Below the pieces are notes generated by a model. That model was not told the origin of the DNA and made no database searches. It worked only from the letters and a program-made list of their open reading frames with translations. Shown here in pieces: positions 39,958 through 50,075 of a stretch of 64,000 nucleotides of DNA (its first letter is position 1; each line of letters opens with the position of its first letter). The position numbers and the translations under genes are program-made. The stretch is from the NCBI GenBank assembly GCA_963676835.2, contig CAXXFF010000003.1:895746-959745 (forward strand), read 5' to 3'. This DNA is from Marispirochaeta sp. (GTDB lineage: Bacteria; Spirochaetota; Spirochaetia; JC444; Marispirochaetaceae).

Positions 39958-40794
39958 TCAGCCTTTATACAGTGAAATCATCTCTTCCGCGGTATTCTCC
40001 CATCTCTTTCGCATAGCCCGGCGCATTGCAACAAAGTCGTTATTATCCGGCGTTGCGGCACGGCGCACCTCATCCATAGCGCAAACCAGCAGTCCGGAGA
40101 AGAAATTTATTTTCCGTATTCCCCGGCCCACCGCCTCTTTAACAGCTTCATCGGGAATTCCTGTTGCGCCGTGTAGAACCAGCGGCGTAGAGGTCTCAGT
40201 CGCAATAGCACTGATAATTTCCTGACGCAGCCTTGGGGGATCCTTATACAATCCGTGAGCGGTGCCTACAGCAATCGCCAGGGCATCTACTCCTGTCTCG
40301 CGGCAGAATCGACCAGCCTCATCGGGGTCAGTAAAAACCGTCGATTTACCGGAATCAACTTCACCGGCAACTCCCTCATCACCCAACAGCGGTCCCAGCT
40401 CAGCTTCGGTACCTGCGCCATAACCGGAAGCAAGGGAGACCACCTCAGCTGTAATCTCCACATTTTTTTCGAAGCTCTCCTTCGACGCATCAATCATTAT
40501 CGAGGTAAAACCCGCATCCAGGGCCTCCTTAATAACAGCCATTTCCGAAGGCTTTGCATGATCAAGATGCAGCGCTACCGGTACCGATGTTTCCCGGCAG
40601 AGTGCAAGCAGAGAGGGAATAAAGACCTTTCCTCCCAGAACTTCCCAGTGCCTGGTTGCAAGGCCGAGAATAACAGGCCGTCCCGTTTTCTCCGCTGCAT
40701 CAAGGCAGCCTCTGGCCATATCGAAATCCACACAGTTGAATGATGCAATTCCGCCGGACGATCCTTCCAGAATCTCTTTTAAATTATTGAGCAT
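39958..40794 (-). CDS. Class II fructose/tagatose-bisphosphate aldolase family protein
   Basis: LHLDHA, SIMIDAS, EAELG, AVGTAHG, LVLHGATG. Confidence 0.9.
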   Translation of the reverse strand: MLNNLKEILEGSSGGIASFNCVDFDMARGCLDAAEKTGRPVILGLATRHWEVLGGKVFIPSLLALCRETSVPVALHLDHAKPSEMAVIKEALDAGFTSIMIDASKESFEKNVEITAEVVSLASGYGAGTEAELGPLLGDEGVAGEVDSGKSTVFTDPDEAGRFCRETGVDALAIAVGTAHGLYKDPPRLRQEIISAIATETSTPLVLHGATGIPDEAVKEAVGRGIRKINFFSGLLVCAMDEVRRAATPDNNDFVAMRRAMRKRWENTAEEMISLYKG

Positions 40795-40797
40795 GTT

Positions 40798-42345
40798 CTA
40801 CTCCTTTCGGGTTTTAAGAAATTTCATATAATTTTCCGTCTCTTCATACAGACCGGAAGCCTCCAGGCTCCTGTACAGCTTTTCGCGAATCTTTGCTGCT
40901 TCCCGGTAAACGGAGACCGCTCCGGAATCAGGGAAAACCATCGAAACCTGCTCAGTCTGAACACTTTTGTAAGCCGCCTCATACCCGTCATGAATCCCCA
41001 GGGAGACGAGGGCGCTTATCAGCGCGCCCAGTGCTGACGCCTCTGAAGTAGGTGGAAGGGATACGGGAGCATTAAAAACATCCGCCTGAAGCTGATTGAA
41101 TAGTTCGAAGCGGGTCAGCCCGCCGGCAACCACTGTTTTTTCCAGAGGAGAATCCAGCAGCCCCCGGATAATCGACAGATTAGCCCCCATCTCCAGAACA
41201 ATCGACTCCAAAACCGCCCGTGCAGTCTCTGCTCTGGTACTTGCCAGGGTAAGATTATAAAAGATGCCTTTTGCCCTGGGGTTCCAGAAAGGTGCAGCAC
41301 TGCCTTTAAAATGGGGCAATGCGATAATCCCGTTTGCCCCGGGTGGAACTTCCCCCACAAGACGATTTATCTCTTTGTAACTATCCCTGCCGTCTTCAGG
41401 CACAAACTCATTAGAAAACCAGCTGTAGAGAATCCCTGTTGTGAGCACCCCTGCCTCAACAACCCAGCGGCCGGGAACGGCTGCCATGCTGCAGAGAGTC
41501 TTCATTTCCGGATGCAGCAGTGGAGTGTCCACAGGGGATATCATAAACGAACCGGTTCCGGTGTTGGCCTCTACCGATCCGGGATTTATCACCCCCATAC
41601 CCAGGGCGGCAACCTGCTGATCACCGCCGGCAAGAATAACAGGAATATTCTCAGGCAGGCCGGATGATTCTGCCATCAGGGAAAGCAGCGGCCCGGCGGC
41701 AGTACCGGGAGGAACGACCTCCGGAAGCACCCCCTCATCTATGCCGGCAATCTCCAGAAGGCGGCGGCTCCAGCTGCCTGAAGAAATATCAAGCAGCTGT
41801 GTCCTGCAGGCCTGAGAATGATCAGTAACAAATCTGCCGGTAAGAAGAAAAACCACATAATCCTGAACTCCGAGAAACTTCGCACTGCGGCGAAATATTT
41901 CAGGTTTGTGTTTCCTGAGCCAGAGTATTTTAGGCGCGCTGAAATAGGGATCGATATGCAGCCCCGTCAGAGAATAAACCTCTTCCGGAGAAATTTCAGA
42001 ACGGATAAACTCACACTCATCATGAGTGGTTTTATCCTGCCACATAATTGCGTCATACAGAGGAACACCCTTATTATCTACAGGAATAACAGACGCCCGC
42101 TGACTGGTAACGGAAATACCCCTGAGGGTAATAGAATCGGTCGACCCGCTTATATATCTACCGCATTCAGCAAGAACATGCCTGACCCCTTCGCTCCAGG
42201 TATGGCACGCCTGCCGAACCCTCCCGTCATGCAGGAATTCCGGGGAGTACCCGTATGAAGCACAGCTTAGCTGTACGCCATTCAAGGTATACAGGATTGC
42301 CCTGATACTTGAAGTGCCGACATCCAGTGCAATAATTGACTCCAT
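40798..42345 (-). CDS. FGGY family carbohydrate kinase
   Basis: IALDVGTSS, AIMWQD, GGDQQ, NTGTGSF, VAGG. Confidence 0.92.
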   Translation of the reverse strand: MESIIALDVGTSSIRAILYTLNGVQLSCASYGYSPEFLHDGRVRQACHTWSEGVRHVLAECGRYISGSTDSITLRGISVTSQRASVIPVDNKGVPLYDAIMWQDKTTHDECEFIRSEISPEEVYSLTGLHIDPYFSAPKILWLRKHKPEIFRRSAKFLGVQDYVVFLLTGRFVTDHSQACRTQLLDISSGSWSRRLLEIAGIDEGVLPEVVPPGTAAGPLLSLMAESSGLPENIPVILAGGDQQVAALGMGVINPGSVEANTGTGSFMISPVDTPLLHPEMKTLCSMAAVPGRWVVEAGVLTTGILYSWFSNEFVPEDGRDSYKEINRLVGEVPPGANGIIALPHFKGSAAPFWNPRAKGIFYNLTLASTRAETARAVLESIVLEMGANLSIIRGLLDSPLEKTVVAGGLTRFELFNQLQADVFNAPVSLPPTSEASALGALISALVSLGIHDGYEAAYKSVQTEQVSMVFPDSGAVSVYREAAKIREKLYRSLEASGLYEETENYMKFLKTRKE

Positions 42346-42361
42346 ATCGCCCCGATTCCGG

Positions 42362-43459
42362 CTATGCCCTTACAGAGTCAAGCCAGGCCTTGAACCCGGA
42401 ACTGTCCAGCACTTCCCTGTTTACAGCAAACCGCGGCGCTTCCCCGTCAAGAAGGCGCCGAATATCCTCCATAAGCAATCCGGGAGAACTTGTCAGGGCT
42501 TCAGTTGTAGTTCCTGCAATATGAGTGGTAAGAGTTACGTTATCGAGCCGGGTAAACTCATCATCTGAGGCAATAGGCTCCGTGGGAAAAACATCCAGGG
42601 CGGCACCGGCTATTTTCTTTTCCTTCAACACTTTGAGCAGCGCAGCATAGTCTACAAGTCCCGCCCTGCCGGTGTTTATCAGATAACTTGTAGGTTTCAT
42701 TTTTGCGAGCAGCTCATGGCCGACCATTCCTTTGTTCTCATCAGTAAGCCGGGCATGGATAGTGACAAAATCACTTCTGGTAAAAATATCATCAAGCTCC
42801 ACCAGCGTTACTCCAAGAGCCTCCGCAGCTTCCTTACTGGCCCAGGGGTCATACACAAGGGTTTCCGTTTTAAACCCCGAAAGCTTCTGTGCCACCAACT
42901 GCCCGATAAAGCCGAAGCCGATTATTCCTACGGTTTTTTCCTTGAGCTGAGGGACAAAGTCCGAGTTTACAAAGGTTTTTCGCCATTCACCGTTTTTAAT
43001 CGCAAGGTGAGCCCGGGCAATATTGCGGGATTCAGCTAACATCAGCCCCACGGCAAAATCACTGACAGCCTCGGCGTTTCTGCCCATTACATTAAAAATT
43101 AGAATTCCTCTTTTCGTGGCCTCTTGAAGATTAACATTTTCAAGACCGGCCCGGCAGACACCGGCAATTTTCAGAGAAGGAAGTGCATCCATCATAGCAG
43201 AAGAGACAGGTACAAAAAGTCCCATGGCTATTTCAGTGTCAGCATCATCAGCCCCGATCATTTCGGGAACAGACTCAATCTCCGGCCCCTGTTTTTCAAC
43301 TTCAAGTCTGCGAAACTGGAGCTTACCCCAGTCAGACTCCCAGTCACCAACCTTTACTGCTTCAACCTTTTTACTGAGATACCGCTGAAAAGCAGGTTCG
43401 AAAACAGTTCCGGGAATCATTGCATCCCCGATAATCAATGCTTTCTTAATCAGTGCCAT
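42362..43459 (-). CDS. D-isomer-specific 2-hydroxyacid dehydrogenase
   Basis: GRNAEAVSD, GIIGFGFIG, INTGRAGLVD, LDVF..EP, HIAG. Confidence 0.9.
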   Translation of the reverse strand: MALIKKALIIGDAMIPGTVFEPAFQRYLSKKVEAVKVGDWESDWGKLQFRRLEVEKQGPEIESVPEMIGADDADTEIAMGLFVPVSSAMMDALPSLKIAGVCRAGLENVNLQEATKRGILIFNVMGRNAEAVSDFAVGLMLAESRNIARAHLAIKNGEWRKTFVNSDFVPQLKEKTVGIIGFGFIGQLVAQKLSGFKTETLVYDPWASKEAAEALGVTLVELDDIFTRSDFVTIHARLTDENKGMVGHELLAKMKPTSYLINTGRAGLVDYAALLKVLKEKKIAGAALDVFPTEPIASDDEFTRLDNVTLTTHIAGTTTEALTSSPGLLMEDIRRLLDGEAPRFAVNREVLDSSGFKAWLDSVRA

Positions 43460-43476
43460 AATTTCTCCTTATGCAG

Positions 43477-44325
43477 TTATCGTTTCTGTCGAGCCACTGC
43501 CCGCTGTGAACGGCCGACGGCCTCTATTCCTGACTGTCCTTTTTTCAGTGTAAGAACAATGGTTAAAACATCTATAATGGTAAGCTGCAGAATACGGGAA
43601 CTCATTGCGTCCGGCCGATAAGCGGTTTCCGCACTGCTGCTGAGAAGCACCGTATCCGCCGCCAGGGCGAGACTTGAGCGGGGATAACTTGTAAGTGCAA
43701 GAAGAGGAATGCCCAGACTTTTTGCCGCCATCCCGCTCTCAAGAATTATATCGCTTTCTCCTGAATGGGAAACACAGATCACCAGATCTCCACGTTCAAA
43801 ATGTGAGCTCTGAATCGCCATCAGGTGAGGGTCCTGACAAAAACTGCACTTGAACCCCAGACGGACAAGCTTGTGAAAAAAGTCGCCGGCAATATAGCCG
43901 GAAGCACCCAGGGCAAAAATATAGATAAACCGGGCTTCGAGAATCTCCGCGGCAGCTTTCTCAATGATTTCATCAGGAAGAAGAGTCCGTATATCCTGGA
44001 GGGAGTTAACTGTAGCGGAGATAACCTTCTCCCGGATCTCATCCGTCGAGTCGTCCCTGGAAATATCCGAACACACATAGCGGGGATTTTCCTGCTGCAG
44101 CCCTTGAGCAAGCTCTACCCGAAATACCTGATAAGAGGTAAATCCCACCTTTCTTAAAAACCGCATAATAGTGGTTTCACTGGTTTCGCAGGCCTGGGCC
44201 AGTTCGGTAATTGACTGGAACATAACCTTTTCCGCATTCTGCTGTACAAAATCCGCAATCCGCCGCTGTACAGCGCTGAGAGCATTATAGTTGACCCGTA
44301 TGGAACCTAGGACGTCTGCCTGCAA
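43477..44325 (-). CDS. MurR/RpiR family transcriptional regulator
   Basis: SITELAQACETSETTIMRF..GF HTH plus SIS domain (VSHSGES). Confidence 0.92.
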   Translation of the reverse strand: MQADVLGSIRVNYNALSAVQRRIADFVQQNAEKVMFQSITELAQACETSETTIMRFLRKVGFTSYQVFRVELAQGLQQENPRYVCSDISRDDSTDEIREKVISATVNSLQDIRTLLPDEIIEKAAAEILEARFIYIFALGASGYIAGDFFHKLVRLGFKCSFCQDPHLMAIQSSHFERGDLVICVSHSGESDIILESGMAAKSLGIPLLALTSYPRSSLALAADTVLLSSSAETAYRPDAMSSRILQLTIIDVLTIVLTLKKGQSGIEAVGRSQRAVARQKR

Positions 44326-44411
44326 AGTTAATTTCCTACTGCTTAACGCTTGATTAAGTTAATTATTTACTATTACAGAATACTACAGATAGGATAATTG
44401 TCAATATTATT

Positions 44412-44549
44412 TTCGCTGCGGTACGATCCACGGACCGCGCGTTCAGCTTGGAGGCTCACGTTCCTCGTCTCTTTGTTCCTGCGGTACGTGAGGATGCTGA
44501 GCCACGCTTATCCGCCCCGCGTTCCTCGCTTCGCTGCGGTACGCGGGGG
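44412..44549. repeat. REP-like cluster of imperfect hairpins sharing CGTTCCTCG...CTGCGGTACG
   Basis: Two complete hairpins (44455-44492, 44515-44549) and one half copy (44412-44425). Confidence 0.7.
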
Positions 44550-44567
44550 ATCAAAGGAAGGAGGAGC

Positions 44568-45755
44568 CTACTTTGTTCCGATCTTCCTGGTTGCTACGTC
44601 AAAAATTACCGCAAGAGCCAGAACCGCACCTCGGACAATGTACTGGGAGGAGATATCTATTCCCATAAGGTTCATTCCCGAGGTTAGTGAGGTATACACA
44701 ATGGCTCCGATCAGGGAGCTGACCACCGAACCTACCCCGCCGGCGGCGGAAACACCGCCTATGTAGGCAGCAGCAATGGCATCAAGCTCAAAGAGGGTTC
44801 CCGCTGTAGTGGTGGCCGACTGAAGCCGGGCTGCAAAAAGCATTCCGGAAAGACCCGCGAGCATTCCCATGGAGCCGAACACAATAAAGGTAATCCGTTC
44901 CACATTTATGCCGGAAAGCTCTGCTGCTTCAGGGTTACCGCCTACGGCATAAATATGGCGCCCCAGCACCGTGCGCTTGGTTATAAAGCTGTAAATACCT
45001 ACAACAATGAGCACTATCACCAGAGTCCAGGATATGCCGTTATAGCCTGCAAGAATCCATGTTACCGTTCCCACCAGGGCGGCAAAGAAAATCAGCTGAA
45101 GAATAAAAAGCGGCATTGAGACCACCGCAAAGCCGTAGTCCTGTTTCTGCTGCCGAGCCTTCATCTTCGAAAGAACCAGAAAAACAATGGCTATAATTCC
45201 AACCAGAAGAGTAAGTTTATGCATACCCGGCAATATCACCTCAGATGCAAAGGGATCGGGGATATAACCGTTTCCCATGGCATTGAAGGAAGCATTGGGA
45301 ATAATAATTGTGCCTGTTTTGAGGGTGGAAAGAAGCAGTGCTCCTCTGTAGATAAGCCAGCCGGCAAGGGATGCGACAAAGGCCGGAATACCTAATTTTG
45401 CCACCGGATAGGCAGTAATAAATCCAGCCAGGATTCCCAGAATCAGAATCACAGGAATTACCAGGATAACCGGCAGATGCCAGAAAACCATTGCAATAGC
45501 GGCAATAGCCCCGAGAAAACCGGAGAGAAAACCTATGGACAGGTCGATATGCCGAATCACGATAACCAGCGTCACACCAATAGCCAGAACAGCAAGATAG
45601 CCGGTCTGATTAAGCAGATTCGAGATATTCCGGGGCGACAAAAAGATTCCCTTTGTGGCCACGCCGAAAATTATAAAAATAACAAACAGCGCAATATACA
45701 TACCGTAATCACGTATATGCTTGCGTAACTCCGTTTTCAATTCATTAAAAATCAT
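44568..45755 (-). CDS. Multiple-monosaccharide ABC transporter permease (GguB/XylH-like)
   Basis: IDLSIG, GRHIYAVGGNPEAAELSGI, FELDAIAAAYIGG. Confidence 0.92.
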   Translation of the reverse strand: MIFNELKTELRKHIRDYGMYIALFVIFIIFGVATKGIFLSPRNISNLLNQTGYLAVLAIGVTLVIVIRHIDLSIGFLSGFLGAIAAIAMVFWHLPVILVIPVILILGILAGFITAYPVAKLGIPAFVASLAGWLIYRGALLLSTLKTGTIIIPNASFNAMGNGYIPDPFASEVILPGMHKLTLLVGIIAIVFLVLSKMKARQQKQDYGFAVVSMPLFILQLIFFAALVGTVTWILAGYNGISWTLVIVLIVVGIYSFITKRTVLGRHIYAVGGNPEAAELSGINVERITFIVFGSMGMLAGLSGMLFAARLQSATTTAGTLFELDAIAAAYIGGVSAAGGVGSVVSSLIGAIVYTSLTSGMNLMGIDISSQYIVRGAVLALAVIFDVATRKIGTK

Positions 45756-45776
45756 CAGGTCCTCCTTTCCCGATGC

Positions 45777-47297
45777 CTAATTAGTGGCCAGCTGCATAAT
45801 TTTTTCCTGAGTCGCCTCTTCCACCGGCAGCTCTCCGGTTACACGCCCCTCTGAAACGACATAGACCCGGTCACTCATACCAAGCACCTCAGGCAGTTCC
45901 GAAGAGATCATTATAATGCTCATTCCCTCTGCAACCAGTTTGTTCATAATGGTATAGATTTCGTATTTTGCTCCCACATCAATTCCTCTGGTTGGCTCAT
46001 CGAGAATCAGCACACGGGGGCTTACAAACAGCCATTTTGCAATCTGCACTTTCTGCTGGTTGCCGCCGGAAAGTTTCATAACCTGCTGCTCAAGACTGGG
46101 GGTTTTTATGTTAAGGGCGGTTTTATATTCCTGGGCTATTTTAACTTCAGCATTGTCGTCAATCACCGATCTCTCGGCTATATGCTTTAAGTTGGCAATG
46201 GTTACGTTCTGCTTAACATCCTGAATAAGCACCAGACCATTCTTCTTGCGGTCTTCCGAAACGTAGGCGATACCCGCTTCAATGGCCTTTTCGGGATGAT
46301 CAAAACGGACCTCTTCTCCTTCAAGAAACATTGATCCTTCGATTCTATATTTATCCGGATTACCAAAAATGCTGCGGGCAAGCTCGGTTCTTCCTGAGCC
46401 CATGAGGCCTGCAAAGCCGATAATCTCACCTTTTTTGATATTGAAGGATACATCCTTCAGATCGTATCGACCGGTCCGCGGATTTAGGGCGGTCCAGTTT
46501 TTTACATCGAGAACAACATCCGTACCGACCTCGCTGTCTCGTGAGGGAAACACATTGTTAATCTCACGGCCCACCATATGCTTTATCAAAGCACCTTCGG
46601 TGACCTCACCTTTTGCAGCATCCAGGGTACAGATAGTCTGGCCATCCCGTAAAACGGTCACGGTATCTGCAATACTGATAACCTCTTTAAGCTTGTGGCT
46701 GATCATAATGCTGGTCACACCATGCGTTTTAAGATCCTGTATCAGCTTAAGCAGGTTATCACAGTCATCCTCATTCAAAGCGGCGGTAGGCTCATCAAGA
46801 ATCAGAAGTTTCACATCCCGGCTCAGTGCCTTTGCAATTTCAATCAGCTGCTGTTTTCCCACACCAAGATCTTTAATCAGGGTATCAGGGTTAATTGAGA
46901 GACCGACTTTTTTTAAAACTTCCTCCGCCCGGCGAATTGTGGCATTCCAGTCGACTACCCCTTTACGGGCTATTTCATGACCGAGAAAAATATTTTCATA
47001 CACCGACATTTCCGGAACCAGGGCAAGTTCCTGATAAATAATGGCAATACCGGCTTTTTCACTGTCGCTTATTCCCCGGAAGGACTGTTCCTCCCCGGCG
47101 AACATAATCTTCCCGTCGTAGCTGCCGTGAGGATGGACACCACTGAGAACCTTCATAAGAGTGGATTTGCCCGCACCGTTTTCACCTACCAGACAGTGTA
47201 TTTCCCCCTGTTCAACGGCAAAAGTAACCTCATCCAGGGCTTTTACACCGGGAAAAACCTTGGTTATCTTTCTCATTTCGAGAATTGAATCAGCCAT
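45777..47297 (-). CDS. Multiple-monosaccharide ABC transporter ATP-binding protein (GguA/XylG-like)
   Basis: Two NBDs: GENGAGKSTLMK, LSGGNQQKV, DEPTRGIDVGAK. Confidence 0.94.
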   Translation of the reverse strand: MADSILEMRKITKVFPGVKALDEVTFAVEQGEIHCLVGENGAGKSTLMKVLSGVHPHGSYDGKIMFAGEEQSFRGISDSEKAGIAIIYQELALVPEMSVYENIFLGHEIARKGVVDWNATIRRAEEVLKKVGLSINPDTLIKDLGVGKQQLIEIAKALSRDVKLLILDEPTAALNEDDCDNLLKLIQDLKTHGVTSIMISHKLKEVISIADTVTVLRDGQTICTLDAAKGEVTEGALIKHMVGREINNVFPSRDSEVGTDVVLDVKNWTALNPRTGRYDLKDVSFNIKKGEIIGFAGLMGSGRTELARSIFGNPDKYRIEGSMFLEGEEVRFDHPEKAIEAGIAYVSEDRKKNGLVLIQDVKQNVTIANLKHIAERSVIDDNAEVKIAQEYKTALNIKTPSLEQQVMKLSGGNQQKVQIAKWLFVSPRVLILDEPTRGIDVGAKYEIYTIMNKLVAEGMSIIMISSELPEVLGMSDRVYVVSEGRVTGELPVEEATQEKIMQLATN

Positions 47298-47320
47298 CCT
47301 TTCTCCTCCTTCAAACAACC

Positions 47321-47346
47321 GTAAAACGGCCTTGCGGCCGTTTTAC
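47321..47346. terminator. Intra-operon hairpin after the SBP gene
   Basis: Perfect 11-bp inverted repeat GTAAAACGGCC/GGCCGTTTTAC. Confidence 0.55.
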
Positions 47347-47374
47347 AGATTTATACATATCGGGGATGACCGGA

Positions 47375-48502
47375 TCAAAGACCGGTAAAATCAGAAGCGC
47401 TGTAGTAACCTGAATCGATAAGAACAGATTTCACATTATCTTTGGTAACAGTAATTACTTCGGACTGAATTGCCGGAACCTGGGTTGCCCCATTGTTATA
47501 GGCGCCGGAAGCAGAAGGGCTGCTGCCTTCGAGTACTGCAACTGCTGCGGCAATCGCATCTTTAACCAGGGTCCTAACATCCTTGAAAACAGTCATGGAC
47601 TGTTTGCCGTCGATAATGTACTGAACAGATGCCTTCTCTGCATCCTGTCCGGATATATAGTATTTGCTTACTTCAGGGTCTGCGCCAAAGGCATCTGCAA
47701 TCGCCCGGGCGGTACCATCATTGGGAGCAGCAATAAATACTTCACCCTTTGCAGCAGAAGGAGCGGCAGTAAGATTTGCCTCGGCGAGGTTCTTGGCAAC
47801 ATTGAAATCCCAGTTGGTTGTGACCTGTCCGATGATTTTTCCAAGCTCTTCACGGCTTAAATCTTTTTTACCGCTGAGAGCAACCGCTTCGGAAGAGTTC
47901 TGAATCTTGAAGGTACCGTCAGCAATCTTCGGCTGAAGAACTTCCCATGCACCCTGGAAAAAGAGGAAAGCATTGTTATCGGTAGCGGCACCGGCATAGA
48001 GATAAAGGTTATTCCCCTTGCCGCTTGCGTTTTCTACCAGATACTGTCCGAATTTACGTCCTACGGTAACACTGTCAAAGGTTACGTAATAATCAACATT
48101 GGTAGTACCGGTAACAAGGCGGTCGTAGGAAATAATGTTTGCACCGGATCGTTTTGCTTCATCAGCAGCTGCTGCGGCGGCGGCACCATCATGGGGGCAG
48201 ATTATAAGAACTTTGATTCCCTTGGCGAGCAGTGCTTCCACATTGGCCCGTTCCCTGGCGGGGTCGCCCTGGCTGAAAAGAATTTCTACAGAATAACCGG
48301 CTTTTTCAAGAGCATCCTTGAACCGGGCTTCATCCTGGAGCCATCGTGGTTCATCTTTAGTGGGAAGAACAATCCCTACAGCGAGAGTGTCTGCTTTTTC
48401 TGCGGAAGCTGCTTCTTCCTTGGGTTTACAGCTGGTAAGTCCCATGGTCAGTCCCGTTATCAGGAAAATCAGGATAATGCTTGTTAATACTATACGCTTC
48501 AT
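47375..48502 (-). CDS. Sugar ABC transporter substrate-binding lipoprotein (ChvE/XylF-like)
   Basis: Lipobox LTSC; LPTKDEPRW, ISYDRL, APNDGTA, GQDAE, MTVFKD. Confidence 0.92.
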   Translation of the reverse strand: MKRIVLTSIILIFLITGLTMGLTSCKPKEEAASAEKADTLAVGIVLPTKDEPRWLQDEARFKDALEKAGYSVEILFSQGDPARERANVEALLAKGIKVLIICPHDGAAAAAAADEAKRSGANIISYDRLVTGTTNVDYYVTFDSVTVGRKFGQYLVENASGKGNNLYLYAGAATDNNAFLFFQGAWEVLQPKIADGTFKIQNSSEAVALSGKKDLSREELGKIIGQVTTNWDFNVAKNLAEANLTAAPSAAKGEVFIAAPNDGTARAIADAFGADPEVSKYYISGQDAEKASVQYIIDGKQSMTVFKDVRTLVKDAIAAAVAVLEGSSPSASGAYNNGATQVPAIQSEVITVTKDNVKSVLIDSGYYSASDFTGL

Positions 48503-48531
48503 TGAAGCCTCCTTGTGTTTTCATGCATAAA

Positions 48532-48547
48532 TGCACGAAACATGCCA
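48532..48547 (-). promoter_or_regulatory. Sigma54 (-24/-12) promoter of the sugar ABC operon
   Basis: TGGCATGTTTCGTGCA on the minus strand with exact GG-N10-GC spacing, 30 nt upstream of the SBP start and next to a GAFTGA activator gene. Confidence 0.75.
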
Positions 48548-48665
48548 GAACCTCCAAAAAGACGGAAATTATTTTTAATTCATTACCATATAAATGTTTA
48601 TTACATTTTACAAAAATCTGAAACGACTAACTGCACAAAAGACAAACCGGTGCATGTGGTGCTTA

Positions 48666-50054
48666 TCAATCAGCTCCCGGTGCATATCCACCAGGTTCAA
48701 GACCATATTTTTTAAGCCGATACCTCATGGTATTTCTGGTAATGCCAAGCTTTCTTGCGGCAGCGCTGATATTCCCGTCTTCCTTTTCCAGAGTTTCAAG
48801 CAGAAGTTTGCGCTCCACATCATACAGGGATGAGGCGGATGCAGGGAGGTAAGCGATATGTCCTTCAGTTGAAGCCGATGCAGCAGCTCCCGCGATGGCG
48901 ATTTCCCGGGGAAGATCCTCGGGTAAAATCAGTTCACCGGAAGACAGAACTACCGCACGTTCAATAACATTCCGCAGTTCCCTCACATTCCCCGGCCAGC
49001 CATAGGACTCCATAACAGCACGGCAATCCTCCGACAGTGCTTTTTCCCCTGCCCCTATTTCCACAGAAAACTTATCCAGAAAATATTCCGCCAGCGGCGC
49101 AATGTCCTCAGGTCTTTCCCGCAAAGCAGGCAGTTCTATATGAAAGGTATTAATCCGGTAGAAAAGATCCTCCCTGAAATCACCGTTCTTTACCAGATTC
49201 TCCAGGTTACGGTTTGTTGCGCATAAAATACGTACATCGATATGAACGGTTTTTCCCGTACCCAGGGGCTCAATCGTCTTGTTCTCAAGAAGTCGGAGAA
49301 GTTTCGGCTGAATTGAAAGGGGTAAATCGCCTATCTCATCAAGAAAAAGGGTTCCCCCTTCTGCCATGCGGACCTTGCCGGGGAAATCACTGTCAGCTCC
49401 GGTAAAAGCACCTTTACGGAATCCAAACAGTTCCGATTCCAGTAGGCTTTCAGGCACCGCCGGACAGTTAATGCTCACAAAAGGACGCTCATTTCCGCCG
49501 TTGCCCATGGTATGAATCGTCCGCGCCACCACCTCCTTTCCGGAGCCGCTCTTACCTGTCAACAGTACCGGAGATGGTATAACTGCAACCTTGCGCAGCA
49601 GGGCAACAAGGTCATGCATTTTATCAGAACGAAACACCATATTATGCTCTTTCTGATTTTCTCTCAGCACCAGATTCTGCCGCTCAAGGCGGCTCATATT
49701 CTCTATCCGGCTTACAGTATGGAGAATCAGCTCTTTGTTAAAAGGCTTGGTAATAAAATCAATCGCCCCAAGCTTCATTGCCTCAACAGCCCGCTCTATG
49801 GTGCCGTAGGCTGTTACCAGAACAAAAGGAAGCTCAGGCCAGCGCTGCCGTACTTCCTGAAGAAGTTCTATACCGTCCATTTCCGGCATTTTCAAATCGG
49901 ATATAATCATATCAACCGAATCCGGCTTGTTAAGCAGCTCAAGAGCCTCCCGGCCATTGGCAGCAAGTTTTGTCTCATAGCCCTGGGACTGAAAAAGGAT
50001 TCTCAACACCGACTGCATATTCTGTTCATCATCCACTACGAGAATCGTTTTCAT
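48666..50054 (-). CDS. Sigma54-dependent response regulator (NtrC/AtoC family)
   Basis: Receiver, GKSGSGKE, ELFGFRKGAFTGA, LFLDEIG, WPGNVREL and Fis HTH. Confidence 0.95.
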   Translation of the reverse strand: MKTILVVDDEQNMQSVLRILFQSQGYETKLAANGREALELLNKPDSVDMIISDLKMPEMDGIELLQEVRQRWPELPFVLVTAYGTIERAVEAMKLGAIDFITKPFNKELILHTVSRIENMSRLERQNLVLRENQKEHNMVFRSDKMHDLVALLRKVAVIPSPVLLTGKSGSGKEVVARTIHTMGNGGNERPFVSINCPAVPESLLESELFGFRKGAFTGADSDFPGKVRMAEGGTLFLDEIGDLPLSIQPKLLRLLENKTIEPLGTGKTVHIDVRILCATNRNLENLVKNGDFREDLFYRINTFHIELPALRERPEDIAPLAEYFLDKFSVEIGAGEKALSEDCRAVMESYGWPGNVRELRNVIERAVVLSSGELILPEDLPREIAIAGAAASASTEGHIAYLPASASSLYDVERKLLLETLEKEDGNISAAARKLGITRNTMRYRLKKYGLEPGGYAPGAD

Positions 50055-50075
50055 CTCTCACTCTCCCATAGAACC

